A stretch of DNA of 64,000 bases. It comes from Chiloscyllium plagiosum (Eukaryota). A program made the translations under genes and the position numbers. The stretch spans positions 81,138,714-81,202,713 of the forward strand of contig NC_057711.1 of assembly GCF_004010195.1 (NCBI RefSeq), in the 5' to 3' direction. Below are positions 37,478-50,530 of the stretch, one piece after another. The stretch's first letter is position 1. The number at the start of each line of letters is the position of its first letter. Under the pieces are notes generated by a model, which saw only the letters and a list, made by a program, of their open reading frames with translations, was not told the DNA's origin and made no database searches.

Positions 37478-39799
37478 TAGAGTCATAGAGATGTACAGCA
37501 TTGAGGTTGTTGACACTCTGAAGCCATTCCTCGTGACCTCAGCATGGCAATGTCAGTTCCCCCTATGTCTGCGATCTACCTTTGCCACTCTGCAGGTTGC
37601 TTCTACCTCCTTGTACTGCTTGGCACCATTAATTGGATATTGAGCTCGCTTCTGGTTCAACTGAGACACTTAATTTGATTGTCTCCCATGAGTAATGCAG
37701 AAATGGTCTGAAATCAGGACATAGAAATTATCCAGGCACAAAATTCCCAATCTCAAATTTAAAATCGAGCCCTTGGTGTCTGTTCAATATGATTTAATCA
37801 ATTAAGTCTGATAAGATATTGTGCTAATCAACTGAATTTGTCTTTAGTGCAGATATTACCACCCAGTTATATATTTAGAGAAAACCATGCCTATGCAATC
37901 TGAGGCTAATGTCGAGGCACACACAGTGAGCAAGATAGACAGCATTAACCTTTGAAAAAGAAATCAAAGACATTTTCTCTGGAATTTCTTTTGTGAGCAT
38001 ACAGAACATCAAAAGTCTAAATGTCACCAGCAGAGAGATGTATACGGAGTGCTGAGTAGTGAAAAGGAGTTACAATTTACCCTATCTGCCATATCTGACA
38101 GGACCTGAACAGCTTTAAGCAGTTTTTGAAATGTATTACAATCGTCCTTTTGAAGTAAATATGGTGAAGCAAATGACTGTAGGATGCTTCCTTCAGCTTT
38201 CAAACAGAAAGCTTCTGGTGTCAAGCAATCACAATGCAATTAAAATATCTTTTTTAGAATCAAATTAATTTAGCAGTTTTTTTAAGATACAAATTCCAAG
38301 CTGGGTGGTCAAATAACTCAATTACTTGCTTGTTCACTTTTTCAACTGGCAGATCACATTCGGACTGACAGCGGCACCTGTCACTCCAATCCCTGCTGCT
38401 CCACCAGATGGGATTTATCTGCTCACAGCTGGGATAAGTTCCATCTTTGAGGAGTTTTTTGGAGGCATATAATGAAAGTAACTCTTTATCTTATACTGTA
38501 TGAGAAATGCCTTCTGTCAACTGAATGAAGAACACAGTTAATTGTGTGATAGGGAAATGCCTCTGGCTGATTTTTTTTCCTGGCTGGAGAAGGCAGTCTG
38601 GTAAAAGTGAACAAAACGAGTAAATGGACAAAATAAATTCTACTCGAAACAAGTTAGTAGTTTGAACTTTAATCAAAATTAGCTTCATTAAATCTTTATG
38701 AATGAATCTTTAAATCTTCCTGGATAATTTATTCCATATATTTCTTGGCATTTGTGACATGCTTAAAACAGAATTATTTGTTCACTTGCCTTCTTTTAAG
38801 CTTGGATCTGCAAGCCATAGTTACAGAGTCTTTTTTGTCAAATATTTTCTTATGGTTCTATTCATCATATCCCTTCAAATCCTGAGTACTTCAGTGAGAT
38901 GTCCCTTAAACCTCTTTTCTCCTGAACTTTACATTCATATTGACATTCATAAGACTCATGGTGATAGCATTTGACGAACCCATATATTGAGCCCTAGCGT
39001 GAAAAATCAATTTTTCCACAAAAGAAAAATGATTCTGTTGCTGGGCATGCACACAAGTGACAAGTTGAGCTCTCTGAAGTCTTTCATACAGAATTTTATT
39101 TGGACATCCATTTGAGTTTTTGGAAGGCTTATGCACCCAAAGTTCTTGAAGTGTATTGCCGACTGCTTTTCCCCAAAATGTAAACAGGCACCTGCATCAA
39201 ACTTAAAAAAAAAGATAAATCTAACTTGTAGCATATTACATTTTATTTACCAATGATCCTAAATATTATACATGTAATAGACTTGGGGGATGAATAATTT
39301 TGTAATCTGATTAGCTAACGTAGATCAAAACTGGTCAGCCCTATTGTTTCAAAGGGCATTCAATAAGGATCGCAGGTGTGCTGTACATCAGTCTCCATGG
39401 TAATAGGTATTGCTTGAATGAAACTACCATCTCAATTCATTGATGAGCATTTGAAAAGTAACTTGAGACTTGAGACTACTATGTGGATTGTAGGGTTTCT
39501 ATGGAGTAGTTAAAGCAGTTCACATTTTCAAAAGCAAATTAAAAATGCTGGAAAACTCTGCAGGTCAGGCAGTGTCTGCAACAAAATAAGGTCATGTTGA
39601 TCTGAAACATTGGCCCAAATGTCCCAATCTGGTTTGAAAACACTTTTTTGGAGCCAGATCATATAAAAGGTTGCCAACTTACCTTTCCTGGAGTTTTCTG
39701 GGGCAGGGGTTTTATAACAGCAGCAGTTCCACAAACTGTGCTTTACTATTAAGGTGAGTGAATCAGAGACATCATAGTCTTCAGCCGTTACTCATTGAA

Positions 39800-40062
39800 T
39801 TATAGAATTCCTACAGAGTGGGAAGAAGCAGTTCAGCCCATCAAGTCTACAACAACCCCTACCCTATCCCCACATTTACCATGGCTTAATCCACCTACCC
39901 TGCACATTTTTGGACTGTGGAAGGATGCCGGAACACCTGACGGAAACCCATGCAGACGTGGGGAAAATGTACAAACTCTACGCAGACAGTCATCTGAGAC
40001 TAGAAACAAACCCAGGGCCCTGGTACTGTGAGGCATGAATGCTAACCACTGAGCCACCATAT
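39800..40062 (-). mobile_element. HE1-like SINE
   Basis: gctaaccactgagccacc head on the minus strand. Confidence 0.88.
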
Positions 40063-41175
40063 CACCTGTCAGAGTCAGGGACCTTTTGAAGGGTTCCAGA
40101 CATCGGATAATTCCAGACATTTCAAATTCTTGAACAATCTCCACATTTTCAGCATGCCTGGACATTCAAGAGATGCATTTTCCAGGATCCATCTAGTCTC
40201 TGACTATCCAGAGACTGGAAGGCTGGGACAATGACATTTAACTCTATTCTGAGATGCAGATTGATCTGCGGAATATTTTCTGTATTTTTATTTTTTATTT
40301 CAGTCACATTTTGTTCCATTTCCCTTCTATTGATCTTTACACATTTTATCATTTCTTACATAAAGGAGTCAAGATTTAAAGACTAATTAGAAAGTCAATG
40401 AGAGCAGCAATAAAAATTGAACCAATAGTTTGTAATCAGTATTTTCAGTAATATATAATATTCTCAGTAAGTATATTAACAGATGCTGTCTTTATGCTAT
40501 TAGGATAAGGTATAAAGGAAGATTACTAGCTTGTATGTTATGGATTGACTTTAAACTGAAAGATTTGCGAATATTTTGCAAACTAATTTTCTTTCTTTCA
40601 TCCACAATTTCCCCTCTGGGAAGAGATGTAAACATATCGACCCAGGAGGATATTGTGAGGGATCAGGCTTAGTGGGAGTTAAATGACCGTAAGCTTTTCA
40701 GTGGAGCTGCTATTCTGCAGAATTTTGCAGTTTTCAGTCTGCAGGTGCACAATGCGTCACAAATGGCCTTGTTTATGGCAGACTCGCCTTTATTTTTGTT
40801 ATAGTCACTGGGTCAAGGGGCATGAGGAGATCCAAGCAAACCTGTTCTTATCTTTTATCATACTTTTGTGGAAAAGTAAAATTGGTGAACTATCAGCATG
40901 TAACTGATTAGTTTGCTTTTCCTAACTTTTAGTTTGCAACTTTGATTGGCTGTGGTTTAAGACAAATACTCCTCATTTAATATTTTAATTAAGGCAGTGT
41001 AGTTTTAATTTTTCAAAAATTACTTAGAATTAAGTTAAATCATGTTTAAAAAAAGACTTGAATGAAAACCTGTTGCCATCTGGATCATACATTTGGCATA
41101 GCTAAATTTATCATTTCCTTTGCAAGCTGAAAGAACTGGGATGAGTAAGTACATGGATAGGATAATTTTCCAAGC

Positions 41176-41447
41176 TAACAGGGTTCCACATTACACGGAA
41201 AGTTATCAACTACGTGCATGTGATTTTGTGAACCCCACATGCCAGAAGCAATTGGAACAAAAGGGGCTATCATCGCATTAATTTTCAGCTGATGTGTGAC
41301 CATACACAAACAATAATGTTTTTGAGTGCCCACTATCTTGGCAGCAGCCATTAAATCGTCAACCTGAAGCAGTCAGCCGTAAGCACTGTTTATACAACTC
41401 TAGGAAAGACAACAGGCTGTATCCGTGGTGACAGGTTGTACCATGAA
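41176..41447 (+). mobile_element. PIF/Harbinger DDE transposase relic
   Basis: GFHITRKVINYVHV, NKRGYHRINFQLMCD, AHYLGSSH*, GCIRGDRLY; these correspond to HARBI1-type IDCTH, NRKGYHSINVQLVCD, PGSxHD and LLGDxGY motifs. Confidence 0.8.
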
Positions 41448-43679
41448 AGCTGAAAGAGTGCATGTCATTCTGGCTCCACTACTCCATGAGCTCCAAAATA
41501 AAATGATAAGTACTTTTTCCAGTTACCAAGATGACCAATTAAATGCAAAATTTTGAACAAAATATCTTTAAACAAAATAAACGCAATTGTGGTTTTATTA
41601 TCAAAACAGAACCTATGCAATAAATATTTGGTTAACATATATAGTCATCAATATAGAAATACAAATACTTATTCTTCTAAATATTGCAAATAACCACACA
41701 AACATGCACAAATATAAACACATACACATTTTTCAAGAAAAAGATAAATAATGACAGATTTCTCTGCAGAGATTGGATGCATGAGAGAAAAAGCGTTTTC
41801 ATAATGGGTTATTCTTAGAGGAAAATGGATCTTCTGGAGTGTGCTTCTCTGATGTTCTGGCAAATATGGCCACGTTACTAATCATGGCTCTCCCTGCAGT
41901 CTTATAGACATAGCTTGCTCAGGAAATAAAATCTTGGGATGTTCTTTCAATCATTCTTTCAAAAGACAGGTGTCACCCTGAACTGAGAAAGAGGGTTTCT
42001 TAACAGAAATATGAGAATACAGCTTATTGAGAGTAAGTTTTCCTTCAAATCTGCTTCCTCTTAGCAGACTTTCCTCCAACCCAGCTAGATAAAACTGGTG
42101 AGATTCCTGTCTCTTCACATTTTGATAAACAGCTCCAAGTGTGTATAAACTTTTTGAATTGGGACAATGAAGTTTTTTTTTATTTTGTGATTAAAGTACA
42201 TTAGCAATCAGGTTTTTTTCAAGTAGAAAACTGAGTGAACTATTTTGCAAAATGAATATCAGTAGACACTTTAGACATTGATTTAACTTCATCATGTGTT
42301 CTAAGGTCTGTAATAGTGGATTCTGGATGTGAAAACCTGTATTGAATGAGAGTATGGGTTGCAATGAGTCGGCACTAGGTTGGCACAGAAGGTATAAAAT
42401 GTAATGGGTGTGTCAAATGCATAAGTTGGCATGGAAGGTATAAGAGACCATTGAGGGGCATAGGTTCATTTGGAGGATATGGGTGGCCATGGGAGTTGAG
42501 TGGAAAATGATTAGAGAGCATGGAAGGTAGGAAAGGCCATGAGGCTATAAAAATGGGCATAGATTAGCATGAAGGGTACGGGAAGGCTTGGGGGTCTGTG
42601 TAGGGGAGCATGAGGTGACTGGGAAATGGGGAGTTGGAGGTAGTGGGTATGGGGGTGAAAGCTGGAGGACTAGGTTTTGTTTTCTTCTTTCTCATGTTTT
42701 CAGCAAGTTTCAAATGCACTGAAGCCAGCCTTTCACCCAGACTACCTCCACACATGGCAGAGTCCAAATATTTTCTGGGATTGCCCACCATCACTTCCAT
42801 TTAACTTTCATTGACTCTATGAACAAAACCTCTAACCTCTCACAGTACTTTATCTCATATCAGATTTGCAGAGTAAGGAATTATCCCAGCTCTGTGTCAC
42901 CAACCGTGGAGCAAGCATTCAGGCCAGTCCCAGAGTAACCTTTCATCACAGCCTCTCCATTAACCTGGTTTTGAGAATTCATGATGGACTGACAGGCTTC
43001 TCAGGCCTCAGAAACCACTGCACGGGATGGGAGATGAGACCACCTTTGTGGATTGGGGCAGATGGAGTGCTTTCACAGGTGCTAGACTCGTTACGACTGC
43101 AGCAATGACCTCTCCTACAATGAATCATGTGGTCAGGAATCAGTCACCCCTTCAGTGGATCTGTTCAGAAACAATCCCATCCACTGTCCATGCCAACATT
43201 GCTCCACCCCACCTCATTGGCAGCCAATCACTGTGATCAGCCGTATTTTCTCCTGCAGTTTACCCTAGAGACCTCCCTGGCCAGGGGGAGCTATTCTACC
43301 CATGAGGCTGCTCCCAAGCAGAAATCTGTCAAGAAAGAATGACCTGGTGCTAGCTGAAAGCACTTCTAAGATTCCAACTAAAACTCTCTGCCATTAACAC
43401 CAAGTCTAGCCCTGTTAATCTCCAGACCTAATATATAATTCGTTTATATTGACTAAAACAAACACAAATGGATTAGCCCAAATTTCTGCACTGGGCCTGG
43501 AACAAACAAATGTGCATGAATAATCAAATGATACTCTACTTGCATGTAAGACAGCCAAATTTGTCTACATTGAATCACAGCAGCACATCCAATTACTTGC
43601 TAACTATTCAATTTATAGGAAGAATGGGCAGATTCAGTACATAGCGGCATGAGACTCTTTTGATCACTAGGTTACTTGT

Positions 43680-44045
43680 TCACAAATTTGTGGAAGTGGA
43701 GGTTGGTCTCCTTAGAGAGACAAAGGTTGAGAGAAGATTTGATAAAGGTGTTCAAAATCATTAAGTGTCTAGATAGAGCAACTGGCAGAAATGTCAAGAA
43801 TCGAGGATGCAGATTTAAAATGATTGGCAAAATAATCAAAAGCAGCATGAGAAAAGAAATATTCTCAGAACAAATGATAAAGATTTGGAATGCTCTGCCT
43901 GTGATTGAGGCAGAAATAAATTCAATTACAGCTTTCAAAAGGGAAACTGATAAACACATCCAGGCAAGTGGAACGAGCTACATTGCTCTTGCAGAACGTT
44001 GTTGTTGAAGGGCCGAATGACCTCCTTCTGTACTGTAATCATTCT
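43680..44045 (+). mobile_element. Old CR1 3' fragment
   Basis: SLERQRLREDLIKVFKII, IWNALP. Confidence 0.85.
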
Positions 44046-44280
44046 TAAATTTAAAAAAACAATCAGATGGTGGCTTCAAATGATGCCCACTTATAGCCAG
44101 CAGGGACTCTTCCCAAACTAGGCACTAGCCTGTTGTTGCTTCTCTGGGGGCAGGCAGGAAGATGGAATGGGAAACTATTAAGCAAAGCATTAGTTTTCAA
44201 CTTGTGCCACATACAAATTCAGCCTCATACAAATAAATACAAACCAGAGATGGGGCTTGGGAAATATACGTCTAGAAGAG

Positions 44281-45447
44281 TGACAGTTTCAACTTTTTTG
44301 CACCCCAAACCCAGACACAACCTCATCTCAACAGTTTTGGGAGCAAATTTCACCCAACACCACTGAAGAAAATAAATGTTATATTTACAGTGGATGTGGT
44401 TGGAATCAATTTGACATACTACTCATGCAAAGGCAGCTCTACATATCATTAAGTATTTACTTTTAAGCAGTATTGTATTTTTGCTTTGGTGCCATTCAGT
44501 ACTTTCAATACTTTCAATATGTTATGAATGAAGTAATAGGTCAAACCTTGTTTATGTTTCAATCTAGTTTCTGCCCTTGATATTTCTTTGTCTATGAAAT
44601 TGTTACGAAAATAAACCTTCCTCCAGGCCAACTCTATAAGTTTTTATTCAAGTTTTATTGAGAGAGAGAGAGGCACTAGCCTAAACCTTTTAGATGAGTT
44701 TGTTTTCATGCAACATTGCAATGACTGCGATAAATTTAGAAACAACAGTTGAATAAAATTTGTTATGATCAAAGTTATTTTATGCTAAGGTTGCCCTTGA
44801 ATCTCCTTTCTAACACATAGGCTGTAAATACACATAGTGAGGGCTGGTTTATTAGTTTTAATAATTCAAAAACAATGTTTTTTTCTTTATTAATCTTTAA
44901 ATTTGCATTTATTATAACTTTAAGATCAATACAAGTCATAGTGATATAATTATTTAATTTACATACAAAAATGATGTTTTACATGATGATCAATATAATC
45001 AAATTTAAGCCACTTATAAACGTTAATAATAAGTTATGCTGTTAGGAAATGATTATAACTAGAAAATTAGGTGACAGAATATGGATTTTTCACTTTATCT
45101 GTAAAATGTCATGCAACTTTCAATGCTCCAACAGCTATGTATTGAAGATAACTTTACCCCATTACTGTGTCAAAAAAAGAATTTTGTTGAAATGGTAGTT
45201 TCACAGGGAAGGCACCATAATATTGCCCATAATTTACTGTCAATTTTAACTGTCAGCTCAATCTGACAATTTTATTGCTGCTTTCTTGTCACAACAGTTA
45301 TCAAGAGTTGCCTTTGCATGAGTAATATGTCCAATTGATTCCAATCATATCCACTATGAATGTAGCATTTATTTTCTTCAGTGGTGTTGGGTGAACTTTG
45401 CTCCCAAAACTGTTGAGATGAGGTTGCGTCTGGGGCTGAAACTGTTA
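44281..45447. repeat. Long inverted repeat pair (44281-44440 and 45304-45447) around an AT-rich spacer
   Basis: aacctcatctcaacagttttgggagcaaa pairs with tttgctcccaaaactgttgagatgaggtt. Confidence 0.9.
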
Positions 45448-45699
45448 TTCAGCCTGCCTAGCTCGGGTTTTAACAACAGCCAATCTGCTTGTCAGAAGCA
45501 GGTTAGTCGTTTTAGTGCCAGTATGAGGCTGCATGCCTCCATTTTATCAGTTGCTAAGGGTTTTTTCCAGCACTGCCGATGGCCCAGATGAAGCAGGAGT
45601 ATTTCCTCCAGCAAATTACCAGAAATCCTCTCTCCTCCATGTTAAGATGTTCCTGTTCCCTGAACACCGTGCCTTGACATCATCTGAATATCTAAACCA

Positions 45700-46378
45700 C
45701 CACTGAGCCTACCATCTTTGATATCGCCTCCAAAAGCACCATTTGATCTCACAACAACCATCCAACATTAACAATATCCCCACCTTTAATGATGGAGAAG
45801 CCTCACATACCAGTGCAACAGACAAATTGAAATGTATGTTTACAACTTTAGTTAAAAATTCAAAGTGCGCATTCCATCCTTGCCTCCACCTGAGATGTCT
45901 AACATTACAGATGTCAGTCGTCAGCCAATCTGATGATATCAAGAAACATCTGAAGGCACTGAAAAACTATGAAGATTATGGATCTTGACATCATTTCAGC
46001 TCTATCACTGAAAGCATGTGCTCCAGAACATACCATGCCAGAGCCAAGTTGTTCCAGTCCAGTTACAATACGGGTCTGTATCCAAAAATTGGAAAGATGG
46101 CTCAGGTATTTATTGTCCCCAAAAGGCAGGACAAATCCAATACTGCCCAAGGAGTCTACACTCCATCATCAGCAAAGTAATGGTTGGGGTCATAGTGTGA
46201 ATGATAGTGCTATCAAATGGCACTTCTAAATTACTAATCTGCTCACTGACACTCAGTTTGGGTTCTGCTAGGGCCACTTCACTCCTGACTTCATTACAAT
46301 CTTGGTCAAAATGCTCAAAAGAGTTGAACTGCAGACCAAGGTGACATCAAGGCTACATTTGATTGAGTATAGTATCAA
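45700..46378 (+). mobile_element. Old family B LINE fragment
   Basis: caggacaaatccaa, catcagcaaagtaatgg, cagtttgggttctgc. Confidence 0.75.
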
Positions 46379-46379
46379 A

Positions 46380-47125
46380 CCTTCCAGTTTAGGTAGCATC
46401 CTAGTAAATCTTTTCTGCACTATTTCTGGTTGAATAATATCCTTTCTTGTGTCAGGGCAACCAGAACTGCATGCAGTACTCCAAATGTGGCCTTATCAAC
46501 ATCGTATACAACTGCAACAAGATGTCCCAACTCCTATACTCAATGCTCTGTCCAATTAAAGTAAGCATACCAAAAGCCTTTTTCATCACCATGTCTATCT
46601 ATGGCTCCACTTCCAAGGAGCTACAAAGCTGTACACCTAGATCTCTTTGTTCTCTAACACTCCCTCGGGCTCTACCATTGATTGTGTAAGTCCTGTCCTG
46701 GTCTGACCTACCAAGATGCAACACCTTGCATTTATCTAAATGAAACTCCATCCGCCATTCCTCAGCCCACTGGCCTAGTTGATCAAGTTCTTACTGTGTT
46801 CCCAGGTGATCTTCATTGTCCATTACACTATTAATCTTAGTGTCACACGCAAACTTACTAGCAATACCTCCTAAGTTCTCATCCAAATCATTTATATAAA
46901 TGATGAATAACAATGGGCCCAGCACTGACCCCTGTGGCACCACTGGTCACAGGTCTCAATGTTTGAAAAGCAACCCTCTACCATCATGCTTTTTCTTCTA
47001 CCTTCAAGCCAAATTTGAATCCAATTGGTCAGCTCCCCCGGATCCCATGTCATTTAACCTTACTCAGCAACCCAACAAAGGCCTTGCTAAAGTCCATGTA
47101 GACAATGTCTACCACACTGCCCTCA
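46380..47125 (-). mobile_element. CR1 LINE RT fragment
   Basis: Antisense of the PQGSVLGP and YMDFSK motifs. Confidence 0.88.
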
Positions 47126-47234
47126 TATACAAAGAAGCAGATTGAAGTTTGTTACTTCTGTTGACAGCTTTTCCTTTTTCTAAAAAAAATTCATGCAGTC
47201 CTTCTAGAACAGTGGCCTAAATCCAGGATTTACA

Positions 47235-49130
47235 ATAAGACCATAAAATATATGAGCTGAAATAGACCATTTGGCCCATCGAGTCTAATCCACCATTCCA
47301 CTGAGGCTGATGCATTTCTCAATCCCCTTCTCCTGCCTTCTCACTGTAACCCTTGACCCCTTACTAATCAAGAATTTATCTATTTTCATCTTCAATACAT
47401 TCAATGACTTTTGCAGCAATGAGTTCCACAGATTCACTGCCCTCTGGTTGAAGAAATACCTTCCTATCCCAGTTCTACACAGTTGTCCTTTCACCCCTGA
47501 GGCTTTGCCCTGGATCCGAAGTCTCTTCTATACGTGGAAACATCTTCTCTGTGATCACTCCATCCAATCCTCTCAATATCCTGTAAGTTTTAATCAGATC
47601 TTCACTCATTCTTTTAAACCCCATGGGGTACAGACTCAGAGTCCTCAACCACTTCTCATATGATAAGTCTTACATCCACAGGTTCATTTTTGTAAATCTC
47701 CTCTGAACCTCCTCCAATGGCAATACACCATTCCTTAGAGACGGGTCACAAAACTGCTCACAATATGCACATGTGGTCTGACCAGCACTTTAGACCAGCC
47801 ATCCTTCAGCAGGGATGTTCTACAACCTCAATAGAACAACCCTGCTTTTGTATTCTAGTTCTATTGAAATTAGGTTAACATTGCACTTGGCTTCCTTACT
47901 GCAAACTGACCTAGCATGCTAATCTTAAGAGAACCTTGAACTAGAACTTCTAAGTTTATTCAGATTTCTGAAGTCTTTTCCCATTTAGAAAGTAGTTTAT
48001 ACCTCTATTCCTCCTAACAAAGTGCATAAAGTCACACACATTCCCAAATGGTATTCCATTTGCTACTTCCTCGCCTGCTCTCCTAGCCTGTCCAAGTGCA
48101 GCCTCCCCACTTCCTCAACACAACCTGTCTCTCCATCGACCTTTGTGTCATCTGTAAACTTAGCAACAGTGCCCTCACTTCCTTTGTCCAGACTGATTAT
48201 GTGTGAAACTCCACTAGTCATCAGCTGCCATCTTGAAAAAAGCCCTTTTATCCCCACTGCCTGCATTTTGGCAATCAAGCAATCCTCTCGACATGCCAAT
48301 TCCTTGCCCTATGTGCTCTTATCCTATTTAACAGACTCCTGCATGGCATATTTCAAAAGCCTTCTGGAAATCCAAATGTATCACATCACCTCCTCAAAGA
48401 ATTCTAATATATTTGTCTGTCATGAACTCTCCTTGACGAAGCCATGCTGACTTAGCCCTGTTTTGCCATGCATTTCAAAGTATTCCATGCAATGTTATCC
48501 TTAATAATGGTCTTTAAAATCTTACCGACAACAAAGGTCAGGTTAACTGGCCTATAATTGCCTGTCATCTGCTTCTACATAAGGGTGTTACGTCAGCCAA
48601 TTTCCAGTCTTCAGGGACTATTCCTGACTCCAGTGATTCCTGAAAGATCACCACCAATGCCTCCACAATCTCCTTAGCTATCTGTTTCAGAACTCTATGG
48701 TGTAGTCCATATGGTCCAGGTGAGTTATGCATCTTCACACCTTTCAGCTTCCCCAGCACCAACTTGTTTGTGATGGCCACTACACTCACCTCTGCCCCCT
48801 GACTCTCTTGGAGTACTAGTATGCTACCGGTGTCTTCCACCATGAAGTATCTATTCATTTCTTTCCATACATCTTTGTTCCCCATTACTTTTTCCAGCCT
48901 TATTGCCTCATTCTCCCCTCTTCCTTTGAATGAATTTCTGCTGGGGCTACTGAATTACCCACAGAAACTCCTGCCATTGCTGCGCCACTGCCTTCTCTGC
49001 TACGCTCCCCTTCCAATCAACTCTGAACATGTCCTCCCTCATATCTTTGTAGTTATGTTTATTCAATTGTAATACTGTTATATTTGACTCCACCTTCTCC
49101 CTTTCAAACTTCAGGGTAAATTCTTTTATA
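47235..49130 (-). mobile_element. CR1 LINE (another subfamily), decayed
   Basis: SPGPYGLHHRVLK, PEDWKLADVTPL, VAKFTDDTK, FFNQRAVNLWNSL. Confidence 0.9.
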
Positions 49131-49189
49131 TGGTGGCCACTGCCCACGGATTCTATACCTTTCAACTCGATATCACTTCTTGCTATCTA

Positions 49190-50530
49190 TATAAGTTCTT
49201 ACTGAAAATGCAGCTGGTAATAGAGAAAGATCTACTCAGATATATGAGATGTCCATTTTTAAGTCTGATAACAGTGAGAAAGAAGCTGTTCCTAAATCTG
49301 TTACTTTGTGTTTTAAAACTTTTGTATCTTCTACCCAATGGAAGAGGGTGTAAGAGAATATAACTTGGCCATTTTCTTGAAGTTGACAGAGTCAATGGAA
49401 GGAAGGCTGGTTTCCGTGATGGACTGGGCAGTGTTCACCACTCTTTGTGATTTATTGCAGTCTTGGGCAGAGCAGTTGCTATAATAAGCTGTGATACATT
49501 TGGATGGAGTACTTTCTACGGTGCATCTACAAAAATTGTAAAGTGTCATAGCAAACATACCAAATTTTCCTAGCCTTCGAGGAGGTGGAGGCATTGGGGT
49601 ACTTTCTTGACAGTAGCATTGATGTGGATTGACCAGAATAGATCATTGGCGATATTTACTCCTCGGAACTTGAAACTCTTGACCACCTCCACCTCAGCAC
49701 CATTGATAGAGTCAGTGTGTCCTCCACTCTGCAACCTGAAGTCGATGACCAACTCCTTCATTTTGCTGACATTGAGGGAGAGATCATTATCTTTGCACCA
49801 TGTCACTAAGCTCTCTATCTCCTTCCTGTATTTTGTTTTTCCATTTTTTGAGATCTGACCCACTACAGTAATGTCATCAGCAAATTTGTAAATTGAGTTA
49901 GAGCTGAATTTGGCCACACAGTCGTGAATGTATAAGGAGTATAGTAAGGGGATGAGTATTCAGCCTTATGGGCATCGGTGTTGAGGATTATTGTGATGGA
50001 GGTGTTTACCTATCTTTACCAATTGCGGTCTGTGGGTTAGGAAGTCAAGGATCCAGTTGCAGAGTGGGGAGCAGAGTCCAAGATATCAGAGCTTGGAGAT
50101 GAGTTTTGTTAGAATTATGGTGTTGAAGGTGGAGCTAAAGTCAACAAATAGGATTCTGACATAGGTATCCTTGTTATCCAAATGTTCCAGGGATGAGTGT
50201 AAGGAGATGGTGTCTGCCGTGGACCCATTGTAATGGTAGGCAAATTATAGCAGATCAAGGCATTCTGGGAGGCTGGAGTTTATGTGTGACATCACTAACA
50301 AAGTACTTCACAATGATCGATGTCAGAGCCACTGGGTGATAGTTATTAAGGCATGTTGCCTGATTATTCTTTGGCACCAGGATGACAGTGGTTTTCTTGA
50401 AACAGGTGGGAACCTCATATCGTAATAAGGAAAGGTTAAAGATGTCTGTAAATACTGCCACCAGTTTTCTGTGGAGGATTTGAATGCGCAGCCAGGGACT
50501 CTATTTGGGCCAGTTATTTTCCATGGGCGA
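49190..50530 (-). mobile_element. Rex1/Babar-clade LINE RT fragment
   Basis: VPTCFKKTTVILVPK, YHPVALTS, KFADDITVVG, LSLNVSKMKELVIDFR, RFRNSFF. Confidence 0.88.

Noticed and set aside
35385..37773. Harbinger-type MITE termini (ggcctggatttt / aaaatcgagccc) around the CR1
   Set aside because: Short imperfect match with no convincing TWA target duplication
38024..38239. 71-aa minus-strand ORF as a host exon
   Set aside because: No recognisable homology and no clear splice signals
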